Translations under genes and position numbers: made by a program
Notes under the pieces: generated by a model
The model's input: only the letters and a program-made list of their open reading frames with translations
Database searches by the model: none
Told to the model about the DNA's origin: nothing
Virus record (IMG/VR): IMGVR_UViG_3300025805_000013
Span: 1-24,461 of that record
DNA length: 24,461 bases
Source: a virus
Taxonomy: Duplodnaviria; Caudoviricetes
Direction: 5' to 3' (one strand)
Shown: positions 9,353-17,823 of the stretch, in pieces
Layout of the letters: each line of letters opens with the position of its first letter
Position numbering within the stretch: position 1 is the stretch's first letter

Positions 9353-9798
9353 TTATTTTTCTCAGTTGCTTCATTTTTATTCTCAGTTGCTTCATTTTTA
9401 TTCTCAGTTGCTTCATTTTTATTCTCAGCTGCTTTCTTTTTATTCTCAGCTGCTTTCTTTTTATTCTCAGCTGCTTTAAGTTCAGGAGTTAATTCTTTAC
9501 CATCTGAAACTTCAATTAAATTACCCTCTAAATCACTTAAGACTAAAATAATTTTTGGCTTTTCAATAGGAACTATATTGCCTTTCTTACTAGCATTTAC
9601 ATCATAGAAGCAACCATTTTTAACTTTACGACCATTTTTGGTAATTAAACCGCCTAAACGATCATAAGCAGCAAGTAATTGTTCTTCTGTATAGCTTTCA
9701 CCAACTCCACCATATAACTTACCACCGTGTCCCATAGAACCAAAAATGGCACGGTTTATCTTTTCTGCGTTTTTTAAATTGTAACATTTTATCTTCAT
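9349..9798 (-). CDS. Hypothetical protein with a heptad-repeat C-terminal tail, 149 aa
   Basis: ORF after portal; ends in (KAAENKK)/(EATENKN) repeats. Confidence 0.75.
   Translation of the reverse strand: MKIKCYNLKNAEKINRAIFGSMGHGGKLYGGVGESYTEEQLLAAYDRLGGLITKNGRKVKNGCFYDVNASKKGNIVPIEKPKIILVLSDLEGNLIEVSDGKELTPELKAAENKKKAAENKKKAAENKNEATENKNEATENKNEATEKNK
9359..9477. repeat. 21-bp tandem repeat, about 5.7 copies in two variants
   Basis: ttctcagttgcttcattttta x3, then ttctcagctgctttcttttta x2 plus a partial copy. Confidence 0.95.
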
Positions 9799-9806
9799 AT
9801 ATTTTT

Positions 9807-11756
9807 TTATTGCACAACATTACCTTGAATTTGTGGTTGTTGTGTTTGATTAATTAGTTGATTAGATATATCCGGAACTTTATCTGCACCAGTAGGAAGT
9901 TGAGGTTGTTGAGGTTCTTCCTTAATTAAATCATCACCGTCTGATTGCATAACAGCATATACTAACTTCTTATCAAGTTCTAACATATTAATATAAGGAT
10001 CATTAGCAAATTGCTGTCTTAAAGCCATAAGAATAGTTTCTCTGAATTCATTTGTTTTATTAAACATTTCAGCTAAATCAATCTTGCATAAGTATTTAAA
10101 ATTAGCAAAAAGCTCAGGATTAACTAGAGTTATAGATTTTTTATTTTTTGGATAATCAATCTCTTCAAGTAACCTCATCTCACGCTTTATCTTTTCTTCT
10201 TTAGTAAACTTAACTCCTAATAGAGAAGTATCAAACTTTATAACTTTATTTGACATAGTACCAGCACTAGCTTTATTCTCTAAAAAGAAACTAGGATATT
10301 TTAAGCTTAATCGACCATTTACTAATTTTTCTACTTGAGGAACTGTTATGTTATTAATAATTATATCCTTCATTAAATCACCGTATCTAATCATTGATTC
10401 GGATAATGACTTACCAACACCACCAAGTATCTTTTTAGCATCAGCTCTAGCTTGTGCTACGCTATAAGCTTTTTGTGAAGCTTGGGGTAATTGTCCTGAC
10501 ATTGTCTCACTAATTGATTCATTATTCATTGATTTTTCTGTTTCTCTTAAAGCATTAAACCCAGTTGCCATATTTGAAGGCGGTAATAAAGGACTAACCT
10601 TAGCATTAGCATCTTCAAAGGTAATAACTGCTTTAGGAAATACTATTTCACTATTAATGGCATCAGAACCCGATATAGCAATAGGCATATCAATTTCAAG
10701 TAAAACTCTATTCATTACAGCTTCTTGCATAGCATCATAAAGCATATTATCCCAACTAAGTACATTCATCATTGACTTGTAATAGAAAAAATGCTCACCA
10801 ATACGACAGTAACCAAATGGTACTTTATTATACTTTGGAGCATTTCTATTATCTCTGTGTTTTATAGGGTTATTATCAACATCGCTATCTCCCATATAAA
10901 TACCATTGATAAATGGTACTTCTATATCTTCTCTTCTATTCTTATAAATCTCTTCTGCTATTAAATCTTCGTGTTCATCATCTCTAATATCATAAAATAA
11001 TCCATTATCATCATTATAAACTGTTTTTATACCCGTTTGAACAAATATCCAGTTAGGATGATCACCATATTTTGCTTCCATTTCTTGATATTCTACCCAT
11101 CGTCTTTCAATAATACATTTTTGTTTCTGGATATTTCTTATATAAGCATTGGTAATTAAAATTTGAGAAGCTGAATAAATAGGAGTTTTAAATCCTGACA
11201 ATACTTCATCTACTATCTCTTTAGTAGTATATTTACTATCTTTATCCTTGTTCTTAATGTTCTGCATAACCTCACAATACTCAGCACCTAAATAAGTAAC
11301 TGGATTTGTAAGCATTGAAAATACTATTTGTATAAAACTTGATTGATAATCAGAATTAATAGGTTGAATTAACCATTCAATTATATCATTCATAATTTCA
11401 CTCATATCTTTATCTACTTCTTGACTATCATTTTGTGCTATAAATAAAGGAATTAAGAAATTAGCAGTAAGTTGAGCATGCGTTGCTACGCCTTTATTCC
11501 TAGCTACTGATCTAGTTCCTCTCCATTTCCATTCTTCAGCAGGATCATCAGTGCTGTCATTAACATAAGAATTAAACATCATCTGTCCTCTATTTTGATC
11601 ATTTTCTATGCTTCTATCATTAAGTTCTACCCAGCTTTTATTTAAGATTCTTATACCCTCAGTATAAGCTTTCTTAACCACTTTAGTTAAATCAGCAACC
11701 TCTTGTGAAGGCTGATAACTTGATACTGGTGTTTTTTTATCAATATTTCCTATCAT
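9807..11756 (-). CDS. Portal protein (P22-like size), 649 aa
   Basis: Directly after TerL (ATGA overlap); size; helical content; Q/P-rich C-terminal tail. Confidence 0.8.
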   Translation of the reverse strand: MIGNIDKKTPVSSYQPSQEVADLTKVVKKAYTEGIRILNKSWVELNDRSIENDQNRGQMMFNSYVNDSTDDPAEEWKWRGTRSVARNKGVATHAQLTANFLIPLFIAQNDSQEVDKDMSEIMNDIIEWLIQPINSDYQSSFIQIVFSMLTNPVTYLGAEYCEVMQNIKNKDKDSKYTTKEIVDEVLSGFKTPIYSASQILITNAYIRNIQKQKCIIERRWVEYQEMEAKYGDHPNWIFVQTGIKTVYNDDNGLFYDIRDDEHEDLIAEEIYKNRREDIEVPFINGIYMGDSDVDNNPIKHRDNRNAPKYNKVPFGYCRIGEHFFYYKSMMNVLSWDNMLYDAMQEAVMNRVLLEIDMPIAISGSDAINSEIVFPKAVITFEDANAKVSPLLPPSNMATGFNALRETEKSMNNESISETMSGQLPQASQKAYSVAQARADAKKILGGVGKSLSESMIRYGDLMKDIIINNITVPQVEKLVNGRLSLKYPSFFLENKASAGTMSNKVIKFDTSLLGVKFTKEEKIKREMRLLEEIDYPKNKKSITLVNPELFANFKYLCKIDLAEMFNKTNEFRETILMALRQQFANDPYINMLELDKKLVYAVMQSDGDDLIKEEPQQPQLPTGADKVPDISNQLINQTQQPQIQGNVVQ

Positions 11757-13225
11757 TGTGGTCTAAATATATGTGTTTTATTTAAATTATTTCTTATTTG
11801 AAAACCGGAATTGGCTGGCCGGTAAATATGCGTGCCTGATTTTTTTCTTTCATCAATAGGTGAAAGTTCAAACCACATTCTCATAATAAGGCAATCTAAG
11901 TCATCAGGACTTCTGCCTATATTCTCTTTAATTTCATTTTTAGGGATTAAACGTTTTTTCCTATCTTCATCAGGCGAAGCATCTCTTAATTCAGATAATT
12001 CTTCTTCAATTTGTTCTTTTAGGCCCTCATCTTCAGTTATTATGCTTATTTCGTGATTATTCACTTTATCAACAAGTAGCCAACCACACTGATCTTTTAA
12101 AGTAGCAAAATTCTCTTTCTCTGTTATAAATTTCAATTCCCCATTTTTTAAAACAGGTTTCTTATCAGCATTTTTTCGTTCTAAAGGACTTGAATTGGCT
12201 ATAAAACCATTAATACCTCTCATTTGGTCTATAACTCCTCCACCAACTCCCACTTCATCGCCGATTGTATGGCTGTAAGGTATTTTCTCTTCAGCCAATA
12301 TTTCTTTGGCTTTAATTGCCGTAATATTAGTATCCTGATTTTCCCAAGTAAAAATCTTATAGCATTTAAAACCTTTCCAAAGATACAATTTAGTTTTATT
12401 TTTTCCAAATCTTGCTATATCCATTATGGCGTATCTATCTTCACTTTCATCTATTGTATTAGTCCAAATATCCTCAATAGCATTAGTGTTAATTAATCCA
12501 TCTTCTTCATCATCATAATTCCAATTGCCACCTTTTAATCTTTGTTTAGTAGCTTTATCGGTAATTTCATCTAAGCTTTCCCCGTAAGTATCAGCCGTAT
12601 AATAATTATCTGAATACAATGATTGGATATAAGCGTAAGTATTATCAAGTGTTCCTTTTATAAATGGTTTCCAAATTACTCTTTTAAGCCAATTCTTTTT
12701 AGGATTACAAGTTAAAAGCAATTTAGGATGAAGATTATATTCTTTATTCAAATGTCTGCCGATACGAGTTTTAAGAACATCAAACGCCTTAAACATAATC
12801 TCACCGGATTCTTCCAACCAACCGCCAGTATATTCAGTTGAACCAAATCTTTCAAAAAGCGGGTCGCTGGGTTGATAATCAACATCTAATAAATCAATCC
12901 TGCTTCCATTTTTAAATTCAATATAATTATATTGTCCATTCAATTTCCAATCATCTCTTGGAATATTGTGAAATTTACATACTTTCTTCCAAGTTTCATA
13001 ACTTGAAGCCATTAATCTTTTTAATTCTTTTCTACCGATAAACCATTTAGTTCCAGGATATTGATAGCACATTGTCAATAACCATTCACAACCCAACCAA
13101 GTTTTACCTCCACCAGCTCCTCCACCGAATAATATATATTTTGTTATTATATCCCATAACTTTTGCCAAGCTAAATATTGTTTAGGAAGCGGCTTTATTG
13201 TTGGAGTTATTATTTTTTGTTCCAT
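11753..13225 (-). CDS. terL: Terminase large subunit, 490 aa
   Basis: Walker A GGGAGGGKT, Walker B GGWLEE, coupling motif LTCNP, RNase H-like nuclease motifs DIARFG and SPDDLD. Confidence 0.95.
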   Translation of the reverse strand: MEQKIITPTIKPLPKQYLAWQKLWDIITKYILFGGGAGGGKTWLGCEWLLTMCYQYPGTKWFIGRKELKRLMASSYETWKKVCKFHNIPRDDWKLNGQYNYIEFKNGSRIDLLDVDYQPSDPLFERFGSTEYTGGWLEESGEIMFKAFDVLKTRIGRHLNKEYNLHPKLLLTCNPKKNWLKRVIWKPFIKGTLDNTYAYIQSLYSDNYYTADTYGESLDEITDKATKQRLKGGNWNYDDEEDGLINTNAIEDIWTNTIDESEDRYAIMDIARFGKNKTKLYLWKGFKCYKIFTWENQDTNITAIKAKEILAEEKIPYSHTIGDEVGVGGGVIDQMRGINGFIANSSPLERKNADKKPVLKNGELKFITEKENFATLKDQCGWLLVDKVNNHEISIITEDEGLKEQIEEELSELRDASPDEDRKKRLIPKNEIKENIGRSPDDLDCLIMRMWFELSPIDERKKSGTHIYRPANSGFQIRNNLNKTHIFRPQ

Positions 13226-13556
13226 TTGGTATTATAAAATTAAATGCCCGTATTACTTTGCCTCCGCTTTGAATATCTACTTTATCAGTTAATCTATTTT
13301 TTAATTTATAAGCCAATTCCAATTCTGGTTTTCTATTTTTAGGTTTATTTTTAATATCGGAATACAAAGCATTATTTAAAAAATTATCAGTAAGACCTGC
13401 TTGTTCCATTAACTCTTGAAACCCTTTACTGTCGGTTAAATTTTTAGGATTTTTTGCGGTCTTTTTTTTATATTTTGCCTTAATCATTGCTTGATATACA
13501 TTTCCACGGTTTTCCATGAGTTCTTTAACAGCTATTTTTTGTCGTTCAGTAGCCAT
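13182..13556 (-). CDS. terS: Terminase small subunit, 124 aa
   Basis: Overlaps the TerL start; TERQ...NVYQAMIKAKY HTH-like N-terminus; DKVDIQSGGKVI-type C-terminus. Confidence 0.75.
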   Translation of the reverse strand: MATERQKIAVKELMENRGNVYQAMIKAKYKKKTAKNPKNLTDSKGFQELMEQAGLTDNFLNNALYSDIKNKPKNRKPELELAYKLKNRLTDKVDIQSGGKVIRAFNFIIPNGTKNNNSNNKAAS

Positions 13557-13603
13557 ATTATTATTTTTTCTTATAATTATTATTAGTTATTCTATATTTT
13601 TTA

Positions 13604-13643
13604 AAGTAAAAGTAGGAGAGGAAAAATATTGCTCCCTCCCCTA
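13604..13643 (-). terminator. Rho-independent terminator
   Basis: Minus strand TAGGGGAGGGA-loop-TTCCTCTCCTA followed by CTTTTACTTT. Confidence 0.65.
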
Positions 13644-13674
13644 TGTAAGTATCCATTATTTAGATGGAACGTTA

Positions 13675-13863
13675 TTATTGCCCCCTAAAAAAGTTGGTTC
13701 TTTTCCTAGATATTTGGCAATCTGGGCATACAACTTTTATCTCTTTGAGTTTTCTGTCTTTAATGATAACAGAAACTTTGTCGTCGGGATTTCTCCACCA
13801 GCCTTCAAAGTCTTTTATCCAACCACATTCAAGGCAAACCATCATCTTGTCTTTTTTTTCCAT
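13675..13863 (-). CDS. Small Zn-ribbon protein, 62 aa
   Basis: CLEC...CPDC; SD AGGAG upstream. Confidence 0.7.
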   Translation of the reverse strand: MEKKDKMMVCLECGWIKDFEGWWRNPDDKVSVIIKDRKLKEIKVVCPDCQISRKRTNFFRGQ

Positions 13864-14078
13864 TTCTTACTCCTTTTTAATTTGAAACCCATTTGTTGAG
13901 TTGACTTTTTAGATTTATCAATAATATCTTTCAAGTCAATGTAGCAATCTACCTTACTCCCACAAAAGAGACAAGTACTCTCTGAACCTATTTCTAGGTT
14001 TTTAGTAATTGTCAACTGAGAGAACCAAATAATAGCATTACATTCGTTACACTTGTAATTAAATGTTGTTGTTTTCAT
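13842..14078 (-). CDS. Small Zn-ribbon protein, 78 aa
   Basis: CNEC...CLFC; SD GAGGAG upstream. Confidence 0.7.
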   Translation of the reverse strand: MKTTTFNYKCNECNAIIWFSQLTITKNLEIGSESTCLFCGSKVDCYIDLKDIIDKSKKSTQQMGFKLKRSKKWKKKTR

Positions 14079-14158
14079 TTCTTACTCCTCAATATTATTT
14101 TAAAAGAACTTACCCTTTTTAATTGGACTACTGAGGCTAAATTTGCCCCCATGGCATA

Positions 14159-15829
14159 TTAATCTTCATTTAATGACACAAATTCATCAGTTGTTAAACC
14201 TCCCATAGAATCTCTCCAAGCTTCTGTCTCATTTTCTTTTAATTGACCTTCTTTTATCTTTTGAGTAATTACCATTTCTCTTAACCATTTAGCTATTTCC
14301 ATTTGACCTTCCCATTCATTTAAATCTTCTTGTTCTTGAATAATGCTTTCTACTGTTATAAGATTTGCTACTACTTGTGAAGAATGTTCTATGGCGTAAT
14401 ATATGACCTCAGCTGGATCTATAACATCTTTACCTATAGTTTTAATACCTGATTGTATTATTTGATAATGAGGTACTTTTAAAGTTTCTGTTAAAATATT
14501 CTTTGGTAGTTTCTCTGCTATTTCTTTCAAACAAAGTCCTCCGCCTTTAACATAGCCTTTCCTGAGCGCTGCTTTACAAGCATATACTGCGTCTTCAATC
14601 TTAAGTTTTTTATATAAATTTTCAGCATCAGTAGCTCCGCCAACTCTAATTACCCCAATAGCACTAGCCATACTAGCGATCCTTCTTTCCAATAATTTCT
14701 TAAATGTCTCTTGCTTTGTTTCGGCTAATTGTCCTTTTAAAGTTTCAATTCTTTCTTTAATAGGAATCTTAAGATCTGATTTCTCTTGTGTACCACCACC
14801 ACCAATGGCCATGGCATCTTCTTTAGCTTCAGTATCTTTAACTACTAATTTCTCTAAAAATCCTACATCTTGTTGTCCAATATTTCTAAGCTTTTTACCA
14901 ATTGCTTTATTAATAAAATTTGCTCCACAATAAACTGCTAAATCTTCAAATTGTTCTGTTCTTAAGCTTGGTGCTTTAACCGGATATATAAAATAACCTT
15001 GCTTGCTTGCTTGAACAAAATTCACTAAAACATTTTCACTAAAACTAGGCGCTATTACTATAAGTTTAGTAGTTATTTTCCCTATTTCTTGAAATCCTTT
15101 AGCAAAATCCATTACATTATCTAGGCTGTAGTTTGTAATTAAAACATTAGCATCCTTTACTACCATTTCGTATTTATTTGGATTATTAACAAATGTTTTA
15201 GCTGCTACTTTAGCCGGAAATCTCATTCCTTTAATAACTTCAGTTTCAATATTTCCTTTATATCCTTCAACTACATCTATAAAACCATCAACACCAACAT
15301 CCCAAGCCATCTTAGCAATTATTTTACCAAGCTCAGCATCTTCTACTGAAATCATAGCAATATGTTCTAAATCTTCTAAGGTCTCAATCTTTTTTGCTTT
15401 ATCTAAAATTGCTAATTTAACTAATTCTGTTGCCTTTAAAATTTCTTTTTTAATATCTACCACTGACGTTTTATTGCCAGTTAATTCATTCTGTTTTTCG
15501 CTAATATTAGCATAAACTTGATTAAATAAATGTCCTCCAAGTATTGTTGTTAAAGTCGTACCATCACCTACTTTTTCATTTGTTTTTTTACTTGCCTCTT
15601 TAAAGGTTTCAGCAGCGAGTCTTACATGTATATCTTTCGGATTAATACATTGCGATACCGTTACACCATCATTAGTTATTCTTGAACCTCTATTCCAGGC
15701 TCTAAAAAGTAAGACATTAGAACCAGCAGGCCCGAATGTTTTTTTTACTACTTCATAAACTGAATTTACACCTTTATAAATTACCTCTAACGCCTTTCTC
15801 CCCGTAAGGGTAATTGTTGGTTTACTCAT
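14159..15829 (-). CDS. groEL: Phage-encoded GroEL/Cpn60-like chaperonin, 556 aa
   Basis: TFGPAGSNV, ITNDGVT, VGDGTT, KAPS, IRVGGAT, KIEDAVYA, GGG and VIDPA motifs of group I chaperonins. Confidence 0.93.
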   Translation of the reverse strand: MSKPTITLTGRKALEVIYKGVNSVYEVVKKTFGPAGSNVLLFRAWNRGSRITNDGVTVSQCINPKDIHVRLAAETFKEASKKTNEKVGDGTTLTTILGGHLFNQVYANISEKQNELTGNKTSVVDIKKEILKATELVKLAILDKAKKIETLEDLEHIAMISVEDAELGKIIAKMAWDVGVDGFIDVVEGYKGNIETEVIKGMRFPAKVAAKTFVNNPNKYEMVVKDANVLITNYSLDNVMDFAKGFQEIGKITTKLIVIAPSFSENVLVNFVQASKQGYFIYPVKAPSLRTEQFEDLAVYCGANFINKAIGKKLRNIGQQDVGFLEKLVVKDTEAKEDAMAIGGGGTQEKSDLKIPIKERIETLKGQLAETKQETFKKLLERRIASMASAIGVIRVGGATDAENLYKKLKIEDAVYACKAALRKGYVKGGGLCLKEIAEKLPKNILTETLKVPHYQIIQSGIKTIGKDVIDPAEVIYYAIEHSSQVVANLITVESIIQEQEDLNEWEGQMEIAKWLREMVITQKIKEGQLKENETEAWRDSMGGLTTDEFVSLNED

Positions 15830-16074
15830 AATTGTCTACTTGTTTTATAATTAATTTTTTTAACTTTATCTAATTTTTTACCTTTATTATCTACATAACC
15901 TATTCTAATACCCCAAATTAAAGAATTTTCTGACAATTGTAATTTAGCCAATTCTTCTTTTGTTCCTTCTATGATCACATCTACTTTTATGTCAGGAGTA
16001 TTGCCCGTTGTATTCTTGATGTAATTTTCTAGATCATTTCGTGATTTATAGTTTTTTGCTTCTATTGTATTCAT
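15826..16074 (-). CDS. Hypothetical protein, 82 aa, first gene of the leftward arm
   Basis: ORF coupled to groEL by ATGA overlap. Confidence 0.7.
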   Translation of the reverse strand: MNTIEAKNYKSRNDLENYIKNTTGNTPDIKVDVIIEGTKEELAKLQLSENSLIWGIRIGYVDNKGKKLDKVKKINYKTSRQL

Positions 16075-16182
16075 TTATATTCATTCTTGGGTCTCCTCTT
16101 GAAAAGAGACCTATGAAAACTGTTCCTAAGATAGTTTTCCGCTTATGATACTTCCTAAATATTCAGAAAGAGACCTAAGATG

Positions 16183-16316
16183 ATTATTTAAGAGCTAGAA
16201 TGGCGATCTTTTTTCTTATGAATTTATTATGAGTAAAGTTTATAGAGTTATTCTTTTCCACGTTTAAATGTACGAGAACTTAACTAATTAATGAACCATT
16301 CTAGCTCTTAAATAAT
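16183..16316. repeat. Perfect 21-bp inverted repeat enclosing 92 nt
   Basis: ATTATTTAAGAGCTAGAATGG (16183-16203) / CCATTCTAGCTCTTAAATAAT (16296-16316). Confidence 0.95.
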
Positions 16317-16397
16317 AAAAACAAAAAAGGTAATAAAAAAATTACCTATTTATATAAAACCTGGGGAAATTTTATTTCTTTAATCATACTTTATTAT

Positions 16398-16426
16398 ATT
16401 ATAAAACATATAAATAAAAATGTACA
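16398..16426 (-). promoter_or_regulatory. Leftward sigma70-like promoter
   Basis: -35 TGTACA (16421-16426), 17 nt, -10 TATAAT (16398-16403) on the minus strand. Confidence 0.6.
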
Positions 16427-16443
16427 ATTTTTTTATTAACAAG

Positions 16444-16490
16444 TTATCAACAATTACATTATGTACAAAAAATTATTTATAGTTTATAAT
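16444..16490 (+). promoter_or_regulatory. Rightward promoter 1 with an upstream DnaA-like box
   Basis: TTATCAACA (16444-16452), N9, TGTACA, N17, TATAAT (16485-16490). Confidence 0.65.
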
Positions 16491-16516
16491 ATATTTGATC
16501 AATAAAACATATATAC

Positions 16517-16636
16517 ATGCTTAAATTAAAAATAAAAAAATATACCAGCTTTAACTACAAAACGCTGGTTTTATGTTGTGTGGAGTTTATTTTATTCTCC
16601 TTAAGCCACAATATGAAGCCAGCGTTTTTTAATTAA
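16517..16636 (+). CDS. Possible 39-aa leader peptide upstream of the replication gene
   Basis: Read by hand: MLKLKIKKYTSFNYKTLVLCCVEFILFSLSHNMKPAFFN*; stop lies 2 nt before the rep ATG and the ORF spans a long hairpin. Confidence 0.3.
   Translation: MLKLKIKKYTSFNYKTLVLCCVEFILFSLSHNMKPAFFN
16559..16630 (+). terminator. Long hairpin with U tract (terminator/attenuator) before rep
   Basis: AAAACGCTGGTTTTATGTTGTG / CACAATATGAAGCCAGCGTTTT, 22 bp including 3 G-U pairs, inner GGAG/CTCC. Confidence 0.65.
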
Positions 16637-16638
16637 AT

Positions 16639-17517
16639 ATGGCAAATCCTCAAAAAGAAAATGGATACACTCAAATAGCTAATGAAATATTAGAAAAGAT
16701 TATTAGTAGTGGTTTGAACGGTACTGAAATAGCTATAATTCTTTATATATTCAGAAAAACTTATGGTTATCACAAAAAAGAAGATGAAATTAGCATATCT
16801 CAATTTGAAAAATCAATAAAACATTCAAAATCAGCAATAATTAAAGCTCTTAAAAATTTACAATTAATAAATATAATAATATTAATAAAAAAAGGTAATT
16901 CATTAAATAATAGCAATTTATGGTCTTTTAATAAAAATCATGATAAATGGTTATCTAGTACACAAAACGATACTAGATCTAGTACACAAAACGATACTAG
17001 ATCTAGTACACAAAACGATACTAGATCTAGTACACAAAACGATACATACAAAAGAAAGGAAAAGAAAAGAAAGAAACTATTATCAGCTAACGCTGATATT
17101 GATAGTAAATTTTTTTCCCTTAATCAGAAAATAATTCAAATGTTTTCAAGTAAAGATAAAAGAATGTCAATTATAGCAACCTATTGGATTATTAAAGATT
17201 TTAAATTTACAAATAAATATCAATATGAATCAGCAATAAAACGAGAACTTAAAGCATCTTCTAGTTTAAAAGGCTACGATTTAATCCATATAAAGAAAGT
17301 AATGTTATGGTTAAAAGATAAAGCAAAGTATAAATGGACTCTTGAAACAGTGTTTAAATATATCAATGAAGATCTCACTAAACTAGAAGAAATAAAGCAA
17401 AAAGCATATATTGAAGGTGATCGTGCGTATCAAAAAAATAATAAATGGTTTGTTATATGTTTTGATGGTGTACATAGGGAGTGGAATGGAAGTAAAGATG
17501 TGGTTGTTTATAAATAA
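16639..17517 (+). CDS. Phage replication initiator (lambda O-like N-terminal domain), 292 aa
   Basis: MANPQKENGYTQIANEILE...RKTYGYHKKED.ISISQF is typical of Phage_rep_O; internal iterons. Confidence 0.88.
   Translation: MANPQKENGYTQIANEILEKIISSGLNGTEIAIILYIFRKTYGYHKKEDEISISQFEKSIKHSKSAIIKALKNLQLINIIILIKKGNSLNNSNLWSFNKNHDKWLSSTQNDTRSSTQNDTRSSTQNDTRSSTQNDTYKRKEKKRKKLLSANADIDSKFFSLNQKIIQMFSSKDKRMSIIATYWIIKDFKFTNKYQYESAIKRELKASSSLKGYDLIHIKKVMLWLKDKAKYKWTLETVFKYINEDLTKLEEIKQKAYIEGDRAYQKNNKWFVICFDGVHREWNGSKDVVVYK
16953..17045. repeat. Iterons of the putative replication origin: 24-bp tandem repeat, 3 full copies plus 21 nt
   Basis: ATCTAGTACACAAAACGATACTAG at 16953, 16977, 17001 and 17025, followed by an A-rich purine tract. 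Confidence 0.85.
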
Positions 17518-17518
17518 G

Positions 17519-17566
17519 TTATACACAGGTTGTATAGTTGACATTTATATTAAAGTAATATATATT
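17519..17566 (+). promoter_or_regulatory. Rightward promoter 2 with a DnaA box
   Basis: TTATACACA (17519-17527), N10, TTGACA (17538-17543), N17, TATATT. Confidence 0.75.
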
Positions 17567-17609
17567 ATATATAGATAAAAATAAGTATTAATTAAATAAA
17601 GCAAAATAT

Positions 17610-17777
17610 ATGAAAGAAAATTATAAAAATGACCATCCACTTTTATTAAACATGGATGAAAAATTAAAAGATCAACTATTTGAAGTAGCTGGAAGAGAAT
17701 ATAGTTCAGCATCTCAGATAGCTAGAAAAGCAATTAGAAAATACATAAAAGAAGAAAAAGAAAAAAATGAATCATAA
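17610..17777 (+). CDS. Ribbon-helix-helix (CopG/Arc-like) regulator, 55 aa; not in the ORF track
   Basis: Read by hand: MKENYKNDHPLLLNMDEKLKDQLFEVAGREYSSASQIARKAIRKYIKEEKEKNES; beta-helix-helix pattern; directly after promoter 2. Confidence 0.75.
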   Translation: MKENYKNDHPLLLNMDEKLKDQLFEVAGREYSSASQIARKAIRKYIKEEKEKNES

Positions 17778-17823
17778 ATTATTAAATTAGTGTCCTTTAA
17801 GAATTCATCTAAAAAATAAAAAT

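Noticed and set aside
4617-13899. Plus-strand ORFs opposite structural genes (4617, 8728, 9344, 11832, 12224, 13516, 13664)
   Set aside because: Antisense to well-supported genes, with no recognisable motifs or start context.
15826-16074. 82-aa gene as GroES
   Set aside because: Position and size fit, but it lacks the PLxDRV and mobile-loop GGI motifs and the G..V pattern of Cpn10.
16940-17134. 64-aa alternative-frame ORF inside rep
   Set aside because: By-product of the 24-bp iterons within the rep gene.
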